Positions 38,606 to 51,590 of a stretch of 64,000 nt of DNA are shown here, piece after piece. The stretch is from positions 39,674,130 to 39,738,129 of the forward strand of contig JASCQW010000119.1 of NCBI GenBank assembly GCA_030264375.1, in the 5' to 3' direction. Every line of letters starts with the position of its first letter. Position 1 is the stretch's first letter. The stretch comes from Carcharhinus longimanus. Lineage: Eukaryota. Under the pieces are notes generated by a model. The model ran no database searches, was not told the origin of the DNA, and saw only the letters and a list, made by a program, of their open reading frames with translations. The position numbers and the translations under genes are program-made.

Positions 38606-39224
38606 TACGCTTTCTAAATCATTAATTAATTTGTATGTTTCCTTCAAACAAAATATAGGCACATAAAATTCCATTAAATGTTTAACAAAATATTAAAGTA
38701 CTGCGGTTATTTTTCTTAAATGATTGCCCTTTTATAAAATATACCAGAACAAATCTATAAATCTGTTGTATAGTTATAGAACAAAAAGCCCCTTTGAGAT
38801 TAACACAGTATGTAATTCTGAACGGAAATTAAGATTAGGCCATAAATGTGGGCTTTGCCAATGACATTCACATCTCAGGAATGAATAAAAAGAAGTTTAT
38901 GATGTATGTTTAACAAGGACTTAACTACATTCTTTCCTATTAACTCCTTTCCTCAGTTTTATCTTGCTGTAAATTTTATTTTGAAGGAATCAACTGTACT
39001 TGATGATATCAGTGTGAAAGCAGCCAGAGTCTCTAAATCATGATAGTTGCTGAAAAGTTCATGACCTTTGTATTATTCCTAAGTATACTCATGTCCACTT
39101 TTACTCACATTAGTGACCAAAGAAATTAATGTCCCTAAAGGCCACTTGCATTATATAAAGAACCTAGCAGATTATAGGATAGTGCTGACTTTCACACAAA
39201 TTTACCATAGAAAGTACCTCTGTT

Positions 39225-39787
39225 TGATGTGGAGTTCCCAGCGTTGGACTGGGGTAAGTACAGTAAGTAGTCTCACAACACGAGATTAAAGTCCAATAGG
39301 TTTATTCAGTAGCATGAGCTTTCAGAGCACTGCTCCTTCATCAGGTGAGTGCAGGATTGGGCATATATAGACACAAACTCAATGGTTGGAATGCGAGCCT
39401 TCACAGGTAATCAAGTCTTTACAGGTGCAGACAATGTGAGTGGAGAGAGGGTTAAGCACAGGTTAAAGAGGTGTGAATTNNNNNNNNNNNNNNNNNNNNN
39501 NNNNNNNNNNNNNNNNNNNNNNNNNNNNNNNNNNNNNNNNNNNNNNNNNNNNNNNNNNNNNNNNNNNNNNNNNNNNNNNTGTCTCCAGCCAGGACAGTTA
39601 GTGAGATTTTACAAGCCCAGGCAAGTCGTGGGAGTTACAGATAGTGTGACATGAACCCAAGGTCCCGGTTGAGGTCGCCCTCATGTGTGTGGAACTTGGC
39701 TATCAGTTTCTGTTCGGTGATTCTGTGTTGTTTTGTGTCATGAAGGCTGCCTTGAAGAACGCTTATTTGAAGATCAGAGGCTGAATG
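39225..39787 (-). mobile_element. Penelope-like element fragment
   Basis: gatgtggagttcccagcgttggactggggtaag...ctcacaacacgagattaaagtccaataggtttatt; internal part resembles the end of the PLE ORF. Confidence 0.78.
39313..39348 (-). ncRNA. Minimal hammerhead ribozyme motif (slightly decayed)
   Basis: Minus strand reads TCAC CTGATGA A GGAGC-AGT-GCTCT GAAA GC T C ATG; stem I 3' arm is ATG rather than GTG. Confidence 0.7.
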
Positions 39788-39963
39788 AAAACACATTCTA
39801 GTTTATACCACTACTCTACTGAGAGATGAGGTGGAGCTGAGTGTCATCAGTGTAGATGTGGAAACTGGTAATGAATAATCCAGTTGAATGATTTATGTCA
39901 GCTTTTACAAGATCCCAGAATATACACAAAAGCAAGATATTCTCAGGGATCTCCAAAAGATGT

Positions 39964-40140
39964 TGGCCAGAATTCTCCATTCATACTGGCGGGATTCTCA
40001 GTCCTGCTGGCAATGCACTCCTGCCCATAAGTTTCCCACCGGTGTGGGGTGATGTCAATGGGAATTCCCATTGCTAGCAAATAACACTTCACCTCCCATC
40101 AGCAGGAAACACGTGGCTGAGAGGTCAGAGAATCTCGCCC
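39964..40140. mobile_element. Short MITE, GGGCNGRATTYT-type TIR family
   Basis: ggccagaattctcc ... agagaatctcgccc. Confidence 0.6.
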
Positions 40141-40904
40141 GTTATTCTACAAATTCATCACTGTATATCAGTCACATTTATTTATTACAAAGCGCCACTG
40201 TCATAAATGTTGAAGTTAGTTGATTTCTTTGAAACTAATTTATAAGCAGGCTATGAATGACAACAGTCCCGCCTAAAATGTAAATTAACTTTTCATTTTT
40301 ATAAATTAATCCCAAATTCTATGCTTAAAATGCTTCAGTGTTTAATAACAGTTGATTGCATTAAAGAGGGATCAAAACATTCATCCATCATATTCTACAG
40401 CATTGACTTTCCAAACTGTCATAATCCAATAATCTTCATGGCAATTGTGTTTGTAATGTTTTCATCATCACAGCTGTCAGCAGTTGGATTGTGCAATCTG
40501 TTCTTATCTGAAGGCATTGGAAATTCTTAACACACCTTAACAGCAATTTAACCAGTGGTATGTTTTCTCTCAGTTCTTTTGTCATTTCTAATTGCTTACC
40601 TGAGTGGAAATCTCCTCCAGTTAAATATTGGGAAGACTAAATATGTTCAGGCCCTGCCACAAACTTCCATTTCCTAGCCATCGATTCTGTCTCTCTCACT
40701 GCTTGAACCAGATTCATTACAATCTTGTTGTTATATTTGGCATTAAGGTGAGCTTCCAAACATGTATTTACACCAGCATTAAGGCCAGTTATTTATATCT
40801 CTGTAGCAATGTGAAATAAGCATATAAAACTTTTTATCTTTCATAAAATACTCTCATTACCTATAGTTATTTTGATCTGTAAATTACAAGAGAACAAACT
40901 GATT

Positions 40905-41818
40905 TAGAAACTAGAAAATAGGTGCAGGAGTGGGCCATTCGGCCCTATGAGCCTGCACCACCATTCAATATAATTATGGCTGATCATGCACTTTCAGTAT
41001 CTCACTCCCGCTTTCTCTCCATACCCCTTGATCCTTTTAACTGACAGGGCCACATCCAGCTCCCCCTTGAACATATCTACTGAACTGGCCCCAACAGTTT
41101 TCACAGATTCACAACACTTCTGAAGAAGTTCTTCCTCATCTCAGTCCTGAATGGCTTACTCCTTATTCTTAGATTGTGACCCCTAGTTCTGAACTTTCCA
41201 ACAGCAGGAACTTTCTTCCCGCATCTAGCCTCTCCAGTCCCATCAGGATTTTATATGTTTCTATGAGATCCCCTTTCATTCTTCTGAATTCCAGTGAGTA
41301 CAAGCCCAGTCAATTCAGTCTGTCTTCATATGTCAGTCTTGCCATTCTGGGAATCCGTCTAGTGGATCTTTGCTGGAGTCCCTCAATAGCAAGAATGCCC
41401 TTCCTTAAACTAGAAGACCAAAACCGCATACAGTACTCAACGTGTAGTCTCACCAAGGCTTTGTATTAATGAGCAAGACATCCTTATGTTTATACTCAAA
41501 TCCTTTTGCTATGAAGGCCAGAACGCTTTCCTCACCTGAATACCAACCTTCAGTTCCACCATGACACCCAAGTCATATTCACTTCCCCTTTTCCTAAACT
41601 GTCACCGTTGAGATAATAATCTTCCTTCCTGTTTTTGCCACCAAGGTGGATAACCACACATTTATTCACATTATATTGCATTTGCCAAGTATTTGCTCAG
41701 TCAGTCAGCCTGTCCAAGTCACCCTGCAGCCTCTTAACATCCTCCTCACAGCACACAATGCCACCCAGCTTAGTGTCGTCTGCAAGTTTGGAGATACTGC
41801 ATTCAATTCCTTCATCCA
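40905..41818 (-). mobile_element. CR1 LINE 3' ~0.9 kb
   Basis: MDEGIECSISKLADDTKLGGIVCCEEDVKRLQGDLDRL; tail gaatggcccactcctgcacctattttctag. Confidence 0.92.
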
Positions 41819-42132
41819 TAGACTTGCTCAAATTCAGATTGAATGAATATTTAAAACAAAATAATGTCCAGAGAAAATAAATCATGCAGGACATTCACTT
41901 TTAGATTACTTAAATACAACAGTATGGACAATGTGGACCAAATAGTCTCGTCCTATGCTGACTCAAGGACTAATTGCTTTTTATTTAATTAATTGAATGC
42001 ATATTCTTCAGAATGAGTTAGAACAGCTGTTACAATCAGGTGAGGAAAGTCAAATGGCTCCCTTATTTTGATTGTCTGCAAGGTTTTTGATAAAAAGAAT
42101 ATACATGCCGATACCGTGAGTATTTAACTGTA

Positions 42133-42955
42133 ACACAGAAATAGAAATGGGCTAATAGGCCAATCAAGCTTGCCATTCAGTTAGATCATGGTTGATTACC
42201 TACCTCAATATTGTTTTCCTATGCTATCCCCATAACCCTTGGTGTCATTAGTGTTCAGTAATTTATCAGTTTTTGTCTTGAACTTGTTCCATGATTGAGT
42301 TTCCACATCCATCTGGGGTAGAGAATTCCAAAGATTCACTACCCTTTGGGTGAAGAAATTCCTCTTGGTCTTAGCCCATAATGGCTGGCTCATTACTCTG
42401 AGACTGTGCCCATTGGTTATGAACTCACAAGCCAGGGAAAACATGCAATCTACAACTACCAAGTTACATGCTATAATAATTTTGTAAATTTTAATGAGAT
42501 CACATCTCATTCTTCAAAACTCTAGAGAACATAGGCTTAGTTTCTGCTATCTCTCATCATAAAACAATCCAGTCATCCCAGGGATTAGTTTGGTGAACCT
42601 CTCTGTATGGCAAATATATTTTTCCTTTGCTAAGGAGATCAAAACTATACAATACTCCAGGTGGGGCCCCACCAAGGCTATATACAATTTTCAGCAAGAC
42701 ATCTTTACTCTTGTACACAAATCCCTTAGCGATGAAAGCCAACATACCATTTGCCTCCCTAATTGTTTGCTCCACCTATATGCTAGCTTTAAGTGACTCA
42801 TGAACAAAAAAACCTAGGTTGCTTTGAAAATTAACATTTACCAACACCTCAGCATTTAAGAAATACTCTATCTTTCTGTTTTTCTATTGAAGTAGATAAT
42901 TTCCCACTTATTCACATTATATTTCATCTGCCATGTTCTTGCCCATTCACTTAAC
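42133..42955 (-). mobile_element. CR1 LINE 3' fragment
   Basis: IREANGMLAFIAKG..YKSKDVLL; LIKIYKI...RNFFTQRVVNLWNSLPQ. Confidence 0.9.
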
Positions 42956-44809
42956 TTCTTTATGTGTTCTGATCAAAAAAGACACAATGGGCAGAATTCT
43001 CCCATGTGCGACTAAGTCCTATTGTAAATTCACATCGATGTGAAATCAATTTTTTGGACTCCCACTGAATTCTCCATTCCTCTCCCCCCACCCCCCTCCA
43101 ACATCCATTATTTATCCTGCCAGTGGGGGCATGGGAGAAATCAACCCAAACAGATAGACTTACTTGACTTCTATTTAAGGGTAAAAAGGGTAGTTTTTTT
43201 TATTATGCTTAACCCAGTGAAAGTAAAAATAATTTTTCAGAAAGCTCTGACTTTCATAGACACACAAACACACATATGCATGCACATGTACCACAGAGTG
43301 GAGGGGAAAGATTAGGTAATGTAAAATTCAGGAAAATTAGTGTGTATGGCTGCTGAAGGTTGGATGATTTGGTTGGTTTCAGGCTGAACTCGGTGGTCCA
43401 GCTGCCTCTTCCACTTGGTGTGCTTTTGGCTTCAAGATGTTTTAAAGCTGTAGCCAAATTACCTATCTCTTCTCCTGGGGTTGAGTTCTTTATTTAAATC
43501 TCTATATGTGGCACCTGGGTAATCAAAATCAGCAGATGGAGTTCAATTCTTGCAAATTGGATGAAGAACGGGGAGAGAGAGAGAGAACCGATTCAGGGTC
43601 TTTTTCCTTCAGTGTCTCAGTTGCTTGTCTAGTTCTGCAGAGAAAACAAGTGTTTAAATACATTGTTGGCTTGTGACCATTTCCTAGCTACATGACATTG
43701 CCCTGCAATTGCCCAGTGACTCAATATGGTTTGGCTGCTGTCTTCTAATTACCTCGATTAGATTAAAGCTGGGAATTCCTCTCTCAGTCCGGGTTCCTTC
43801 ATCCAAATGCCTAATGATTTATCTCTGACCAGTTGAGTACCAAGGTGATTGAACGATTTACTAATGAGATAGGAGGTGATCCCTGTTCATCTCTTTCAAG
43901 GCCTGGTGCAGCTTTTCAGACAGGTTGGCTTCATTTCAGTAGTTTTGGAATGCAGAAGCAACAGTGATGCAAATATGCATCCATCTTTGACTGCGATCCC
44001 AAGTCGCTGGAATGTGACTTTAGCCTGTTAAAAAAAAATTGGGTTTTCAGTCAATAAATCTAAAAAATTTTTTTGACATAAAGCATGGTCTCATATCATA
44101 GCCCAAATGTTGTCAAGGAAGATATGTAAATTTGACAAATTTTGGAACCATTGAAGTGATAAGTAGAGACAAACACAAAATAGTGCAGAAGGTAGAAACC
44201 TGAAATAAAAACAGAAAATCCTGAAAATACTCAACAGGGCTGGCAGCATATTTGGAAAGACAAACAAAGTTAAAGGGCAAGATTTTCCCACAGGTTATGG
44301 AATCCTGATTTTAACACCAAATAGGGGTCTTGAGGCTGCACTTACTGGGAACCAATAGGGAGGCTGCCTTTGAGTTCCTGGTATGTACAATTAGTAATAA
44401 CTTGGAAGCATTGTTCACATTCCAAGAGTGAATAATGGAGGTCATTATCCCAATGTTCACTAGCAGCAAAGAACTTTGTATATTCAAATAGAGATAAGCT
44501 GCCATCAAACTGTGGACCATGGCACATAGTAATAGTTCTCCAGTATATGCTGGTAGTGGATAAGTTACCAGAGATGCAGCTAGCTGCCATGGACTGAGGA
44601 TTAACTGTAATATTTGGAACTATTTGACAATTCAGTTCAGTACAATTTCCTTTTGGTGCAGAGATCATTGATTTTTTTTATTAATGTCTCTGTTTAGCTT
44701 TTTTGGTGCAAAGGAAGTGAACGGGTTTGCTTGCATTATTACACTGGTGAAATAATGTGAAGTCTGCATATCCTAAATTGTACTGAAACAGCTAATTATT
44801 CTTTTTCAG

Positions 44810-45753
44810 GTCCTGAATATCAGAAGAGACGATTACTTCAGGAATTGATAGAGAATGGGGATCATGTGGAAAATACAGAGCAGGAGCCTCCATCAATCGA
44901 GGAGCCTCCACCTACCCCTCCAGAGAGTCCTGGACTCCATGAGAAAGCTGCAACCCCACTTGAGTCATCTCCTGCTGGTACTCCTTCACCAAGTCCTTTG
45001 GAGACACCGCCAGAGGTCAGGAAAGTTAGAGGATCAAATTCCAAGATGGAGGACTCCAGCCACTTGAGTCCTGGAAACTGGAACGGAGAGCAAAATAAAA
45101 GTAACCGGTCTAGTAGCAGTCCTGGAACACCTTCTGGTTTACTGACCTTGCAAGTTGAGAACATATCGGCAGCCAACAACCGAAATCTTCCCAGGCCGTC
45201 CAGTCATCAGAGCAACAGAAGAACACCAACAAAATTGGAGGAGCAACTACCAAACAACTATGATTTGGACATAAAGCCTCTAGAAAGAATTGAAAGCAAG
45301 CCTATTACAAATCAAAAGATCAAGTCAAGAGAACCTGTCCCACCCCACCACCTGCATGATGCCAAATTCCACGAAAGCTATCACAGTTATGCTGTGCGGA
45401 CACAAGTAGGACCTCCTCCTTTAGATTTAGTGGATGATGAAGCTCCTGTCAAATTATTGCCAGTCAGGAAAGAAGAAATTCCAGCAAAACCTTCAACACC
45501 AGAGCCAAAACCAGAAGTCAAAGTAAAAAAGCCAGAACCAGAACCAAAGCCAGCGCAAGTGCAACAAACTGCACCACATCCCAAACAGGAAAAACAGTTG
45601 CAACCCCAGCCAGAATCCAGACTTCAGTCCAAGCCTGAGCCCAAGCCTGGGCTTAAATCAGTGTCAAAACCAGTGTCAAAACCAGTACCTAAGTTAGTAA
45701 CACAACCTGAAGTAACAGGGAAGGAGGTTGCAGAGGTGGCACCGTTTGATCAG
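44810..45753 (+). CDS. JPH2: Junctophilin-2, large divergent-region exon (equivalent to exon 4)
   Basis: Acceptor ctttttcag ends at 44809; donor CAG|gtgagt at 45754. Starts (G)PEYQKRRLLQELIEN and contains ESPGLHE, SPAGTP, LSPGNWNGE and YHSYAVRT, which are JPH2-type motifs. 944 nt open frame (ORF 44845..45834). Confidence 0.96.
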
Positions 45754-46036
45754 GTGAGTTCATTAGGGCACAGGGATTATGCATGGATTTATAAATTGAT
45801 TTTACAAATAGTTGCCTTCTATGACACAAAGTAGATTTTAGCACATCCAGTCTATTTTATAAATGCCCTCCTGGTATATTTGGAAATTGCCATTAACATC
45901 CTGGCATGTTAAAGGGGCAAGGCCACATTGTTAATTGTGTGTCAATTGTACATTAACAGTCATTAACTTGAGCACTGATAAATAGACGCTCACTGAAACT
46001 GTGATGGTTGGGTTTGGAGGTGTATGTGTATCTCTA

Positions 46037-46068
46037 CATATATAATATATTTTATATATATATATATA
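46037..46068. repeat. Interrupted (TA)n microsatellite
   Basis: catatataatatattttatatatatatatata. Confidence 0.8.
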
Positions 46069-46514
46069 GAAGTGTTTAAAGTTTACCTCTAGTGCCATCC
46101 TTCACCAACTGGCTTTCAGGAATAGAACACACATGCCATGTCATTAGTAGTTTGATTTATTTAAGCATGGGTATAAATAATAGTTTAGAACTTATATTGG
46201 GTTAAGACACGAGCTTGTACCTCTATATTTTCCTACATGCATGCAAGTGTGAGAAAGTTCTTTATGCCTGATTTAGTGAAGCATTCAAGGCACAGAAGGT
46301 GCTTGTGCCAACTACTTACAACAGAACAAGAAGGCAAACTTAATATGTCTTCTGTTAGTGAAACTAACTTGCTGGATTCTTTTGAGATTACTGGATGCTG
46401 TGATGGGGACCTCAGATTGTTTCTGCAGAAATGAGCAGAATCATCTCCCTAAACATACAGGTTCCTTAAGTTCATAGAGGAAGAGAGCTTAAAGAGGTCC
46501 TAAGTGACATTAAA

Positions 46515-46697
46515 ATGTTGTGAATATATTCAAGAGGCGGCTAGATATAGCACTTGGCATGAATGAGATCAAAAGTTATGGGGAGAAAGCGGAATTAGGC
46601 TACTGAGTTGGACAATTAGCCATGATCGTAATGAAATGCGGTGCAGGCTCTAAGTGCCAAATGGCCTCCTCCTGCTCCTATCTTCTATGTTTCTATG
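46515..46697 (+). mobile_element. CR1 3' end
   Basis: tgaatatattcaagagg...ttatggggagaaagc...aatggcctcctcctgctcctatcttctatgtttctatg. Confidence 0.85.
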
Positions 46698-47435
46698 TGA
46701 ACGAGATCTGCAATATGTCCCAAACAGCTCTACTTGACAGCCTAGCACCAAGGCTGTTTCATCAGAATAATAGAAAGGAATATTGGCATTAGGAGGAGAA
46801 GAAAGAATCAGGAAGGCCTGAAACTTTAGTGGGTTGGCATCTGGACTGATACCCAATGCCATTTCACTTCCATTGGAAGTAAGTTCTGGGCTGGAAAGCC
46901 CAAGTTTGATCTTCCTGAACCACCTCCACTGTTAGATGGCCAAAGTTATAATAATTCTATACATCACACCTTGGGCAGTGTTATGCATGCCCCAAGTTAA
47001 CCCTTGCTCTGCCATGCACCTTTTCATTACAATGGCATGCAGGTACATAATACAACATCCTCCTTTTTTCCAACTATTTGCAATGCAGTCTTTACTTACT
47101 ATCCCTTCTCCCTCACCTCAAGTTTCTGACTTTATAACCTTGGACGGTGTTTTCCATGGTGTCTGCCATATTTTACCATTTTGTTTCCCAAATGGAACTT
47201 TCATATCCATGTTTCTCAATTTTAGCCAAGTATTTGTTTGCTATTTCATTGTCAGATCATTTGGCAAGCTTATGAATCTTTTGATTCAGCTGAATGATTT
47301 TCAGTATGTCTGAGTTATCTAGTGTTCTTCTTCAATAAATATCTTGCATTCCAGGGTCAGATTTATATTTTCCGATCACATTTCTGTCTTTTTGTTCTCT
47401 GTCTGCAGCTGGACTTTGCCTTTGTCCTTCACCTT

Positions 47436-47758
47436 GGTGGCACGGTGGTTAGCATTGCTTCCTCACAACACCAGGGACGCTGGTTCAATTCTGGCTCTGG
47501 GCGACTGTCTGTGTGGAGTTTGCATGTTTTCCCTGTGTCTGTGTGGATTTCCTCCAGATGCTCTGGTTTCCTCCCAAAATCTATAGGTGTGCAGATTAGG
47601 TTGATTGGCCATGCTAAGTTCTCTCTCTTGTCCCAAGATGTATAGGTGAGGGTATATATGTGGGGTTACAGGTATAGGGTCTGGGTATGGTGCTTTGTCG
47701 GAGAGTTGGTGCAGACTGTACGGACACATGGCCTCCTGCACTGTAAGGATTTGATGTG
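47436..47758 (+). mobile_element. V-SINE (HE1-like), full length
   Basis: Head ggtggcacggtggttagcattgc, B-box ggttcaattc, V core and tail. Confidence 0.88.
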
Positions 47759-48178
47759 GTTTCACTGTTGGCCAGGTCTGTGTCTGGGGAAGTCTTAATC
47801 TGTTTCAGTTCTGTAACCGTGCTACCCATGGCTTCATTATCCATTCGCAGCATTGAAAGTTCTCTCGCTTTTCATTTCAATTATTCCTCTTTTCCATTCA
47901 ATTGCTTCTTCAGCTCTTCAGTCTGTTTCTTGTAGCTGTTGGCTTCCTTTTGGAGTATGGAACAATGCTGAGTCCATTCTGCCAACTGGTTCTTCAGTTT
48001 GTTCAGTCATGTAAAATTCATTTTGCGTCTCTTCGTGATTTTCCAGTGGAGCAAACTTTGAGTTGAAGGATGAAATAAAAGCAAAATACTGATGATGTTG
48101 TGGATCTGAAATAAAAAGAGAATTCTGGATGAACTCAGCAGGGCTGGCAGCATCTGTCGAGAGATAATCAGACTTAAT

Positions 48179-48304
48179 GGTCAGGATTTTAAGGCCACAC
48201 TCGTGCTGAAACCATAAAATCCCTCCCGAGGTCAATGAACTTTCCCATTGTCCACCCCTCATCCATTCTGATTCCCATGGTGGGTGGAGCAGTAAAATTC
48301 CAGC
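48179..48304. mobile_element. Short MITE, GGGCNGRATTYT-type TIR family
   Basis: ggtcaggattttaag ... gtaaaattccagc; internal aaatccctcccgaggtcaatg shared with the 16430, 52539 and 57485 copies. Confidence 0.65.
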
Positions 48305-49339
48305 AATATTTCGAGTCCCTATCACCCTTCCACAGAACAGCTCTGTTAACTTGTTTATCTCCCCACAATTGCTGCCAGCCCTACTGAGTTTATCCAGCAT
48401 TTTCATTTTATTTGACTTGAGGGATTCTTGTAGCATGCGAAGGTCTGTCAACAGGTTTTCCTTTTCTTTGCGAGGCTCATGCGTCATCTTACATTTTTCA
48501 GTAATTCAACAAAGTCTCCTTTAATTTATTCTGCTGTGCTTCATTCTGCTGTTCAAAACACTCTTCATTTCTTCATGTTGCTCAATGGTGACATTCCTTT
48601 TGCATTTGATCTTGAAAGACAATCAGCTGTGCTTTCAGCTATTTATTTTCTTGTTGGACCTTTTGCCAACTCACTCCAGACTCCAGTGCGTCGTCTCGTT
48701 NNNNNNNNNNCAGCTTGAATCTTGTGCTTCAAATCTTCCAGTTCAGCAGTGATCCAAATATTTACCTGTGGAAAACTTTAATTTACATTTAATGTGTTTT
48801 GTTTTTCTCAGTTACTTCACATAGCTTTCTTCCATTCACAGCCATCTGTACACTCTGCACTGCCATCTGCTGTTGCAATTTGAATCTGTGACAGCACTTT
48901 CAAGAAACTTTTGTTTTGCTCAGGTTGTCTGCAGCTGTCCGTTTTCTTTGTTCTGAGTTCCCTGCACTTTTCAAATGCTGGTGAGCTCCCCAGCAATCAT
49001 GGCTGCTTTTGTTTATAACTTTCAATACTGCAGCAATTTCTTTGCAGAGCTGCAAAGACCAGTTTCAGGATGATTCTTTTGTGTTTTTTCAAGTGTGCAG
49101 GAACTTTAGATGTTAGACATCCCATGCTTCAAGAGTTTTAGCAGGAGTGTGTTTTTTCAAAGTTACAAGCTGTTACTAACTCTGCAGCACTTTTCCATAA
49201 GGAAGCCAGGAGCTCAACATCTCTCCCAAGCTCTGTAGGCCCTTCTCTTTACTCTGCAAGGTTTTTTTCTCTCAAACCTTTGACTCTGCCAACCAATTTT
49301 TATATAACTATTTTTAACTTCAGTGCCACAAGACCACCA

Positions 49340-50012
49340 TTTTTTTAATTCATTCATGTGACGTGCGTGTTCAACTTGATATTCCCTAGCCATTTCAGAG
49401 AGCATTTGAGAGTCAAACACATTCCTGTGGATCTGGAGTCACATATAGGCCAGACCACATAAGGATGGCAGATTTCCTTTCCTAAAGGACATTGGTGAAT
49501 CAGATGGGTTTTTATGATCACCTTTAGACATTTGATTCCAGATGTTTAATTGGCAACACACTGGCACAATGGTTAGCTCTGCTGCCTCACAGCTCCAGGA
49601 AGCGGAGTTCAATTCCGGCCTTGGGTGGCTGTATGGAATTTACGCATTCTCCCCATCATGCCTTTGTGGGTTTCCTCTGGGTACTCCAGTTGCCTCCCAT
49701 TGTCTAAAGATGTGCAGGTTAGGTGGATTGGCCATGGTAAATTGCTGTTTAGTGTCCCAAGATGTGTAGGTTAGATGGAATAGCCATGGTAAATGTGGGG
49801 TTACAGGGATGGGGAGAGGGCCTGGGTAAAATACTCTCTCAGAAAGTCAGTGAAAACTAGATGGGCCAAATGGCCTCTTCTGCACTGTAGGGATTCTAGG
49901 ATTCTATGAATTTAAATGTCACCATCTGCCATGGTGGGATTTGAGCCTGGGTCCCCACAGCATTATCTTGGACCACTTGTCCAGTAACAATACCAGTATG
50001 CCACTGCCTCAC
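49340..50012 (-). mobile_element. tRNA-derived SINE with CR1-like tail, hosting a nested V-SINE
   Basis: Minus-strand head gaggcagtggcata..ggtattgttactggac...ggctcaaatcccaccatggcagatggtg; body continues at 49340-49550. Confidence 0.7.
49552..49908 (+). mobile_element. V-SINE nested in another SINE
   Basis: ctggcacaatggttagctctgctgcctcacagc..., V core, tail ctgcactgtagggattctaggattctatg. Confidence 0.88.
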
Positions 50013-51042
50013 CCCTGCTGTAATCTGCTGAGCCCTGGGACAGCCATCTCTTCTGCAATTTAAGTACAACTTTGTTTTTGTAACTTTAATCCTATCTTGG
50101 AAACTGACCAGGTTCTTTGACTGTTGTGTTAATCAGGATTTTGTAAATTTTGTTCTTGTTCAGCTGTCTTCATGATTTAACCAGGTTTATCTTTTTCTTT
50201 TACTCTCAATACTTGGGGGTCTTGCTTTGGATGCCCAATGAGGAATCTGGTGGATTCCTCAACATCTAGGTCTGTAGTGAAGTTTCTTCAATTGTTTCTT
50301 CAATTTTTCTTCTTAGGCACACATTTCTCTGGTCTGGCTTCAGCTGGTTTTAATTTTTCATGCTGTGCGATACTGTTCTGAATTCATCATTTCAAATGCC
50401 ACCTTTCATACCACTGCTGATGTTCAGCATGTTGTGTCCCACCACTGATGTAATATCTTTTAGCAGCTTCAGTGCTGCCAACCACGTTATAATAGGGTTT
50501 TACTGCTGTGCACCAAATTGCATTTTCGATTTATCCATGGTGTCTCATTTATGAGGATCTTGATGCTTGTATGTTTAAGTACAAATTATTGTTGATCTTG
50601 AACTATTTATAGATCCCATCCAGATATAGTTATGTAGGGAGCTGCTTCTCCATACACGCTACTTTGAGTGTTCTATCTGAGTCTAAAACCATGAGATTCC
50701 ATACATTGTTAGGGACCAGATCAGAAACCCCAAGGTATATTGTGAAGTTAGACTGGACCCCAGCTATTTTTTGCTTTCGGCATTTGTGTGAAGATATGGT
50801 GTTTCATTCCATGAGTGATTCAATTGACACACCAGGAAGCTTTAGTTAATTATAATGAATGAATTGGCTTAACTTTTACTGATTGAAAGACTTAAACTTG
50901 ACAAGATGTAATTCTTAACTCTAACTTATCTCTATTCCAATTTAAGCAATATTCCTCATAGGCTTAAAAACCTCTTCAAAAATCAGTTAGCCAACAACAC
51001 ATGCTTACTTGCTTTTTACTTGTAATTAGTCATGGAGCCTTT

Positions 51043-51318
51043 GAACACATAAGAACATAAGAACATAAGAAATAGGAGCAGGAGTAGGCCAACTAGCCCT
51101 TCGAGCCTGCCCCGCCATTCAATNNNNNNNNNNNNNNNNNNNNNNNNNNNNNNNNNNNNNNNNNNNNNNNNNNNNNNNNNNNNNNNNNNNNNNNNNNNNN
51201 NNNNNNNNNNNNNNNNNNNNNNNTCCTCTGCACTCCCTCCAAGGCCAAAATATCCTTGCGTAAGTGCGGCGCCCAAAACTGCACACAGTACTCCAGCTGC
51301 AGCCTCACCAATGCCTTG
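51043..51318 (-). mobile_element. CR1 fragment (spans a gap)
   Basis: [31 protein letters not shown]; (CTTATGTT)n tail. Confidence 0.9.
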
Positions 51319-51590
51319 GAAAGGGATACATGCCATCTGACACTTAAACAGCAGCCTCTAGAATATGAGAGAAAAACACCTCTTGCTTCTTTCAGGTTCA
51401 AGCAGAAACTAAACTTCTTCCCTGTAAGCTTAGCTCCATCCATTCACATGACTCTTTCTCTTGTCAACCAACCTAATTAAACACTGTTCTGAAACCCCTA
51501 AAATAGACACAAATGCATTAACTCGGATTAAAACAAACACCCCATTATCTCAGAGCAACTATTCTGCATTCTCAGCATGCGGGCTGTCTT

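Larger units (their letters stand above)
47075..50540 (-). pseudogene. Decayed coiled-coil coding sequence resembling the UACA/ANKRD24/RAI14 family, interrupted by later insertions
   Basis: Minus-strand pieces across stops and frameshifts: VQQENK*LKAQLIVFQDQMQKE/VTIEQHEEMKSVLNS (about 48660-48555) and FNSKFAPLENHEETQNEFYMTE/KLKNQLAEWTQHCSILQKEANSYKKQTEELKKQL (about 48067-47900). These resemble remembered UACA IKVKYAPIVSFEECERKFKATEKELKDQLSEQTQKYSVSEEEVKKNKQENDKLKKEI. Confidence 0.6.

Noticed and set aside
45754-45834. ORF extension past the JPH2 exon donor giving an alternative hydrophobic C-terminus
   Set aside because: A strong consensus donor (CAG|GTGAGT) and the canonical TM exon downstream explain it as chance read-through.
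47918-48487. 189-aa minus-strand ORF as a functional gene
   Set aside because: Chimeric: it reads through a MITE and a Penelope fragment; only the flanks belong to the decayed coiled-coil pseudogene.
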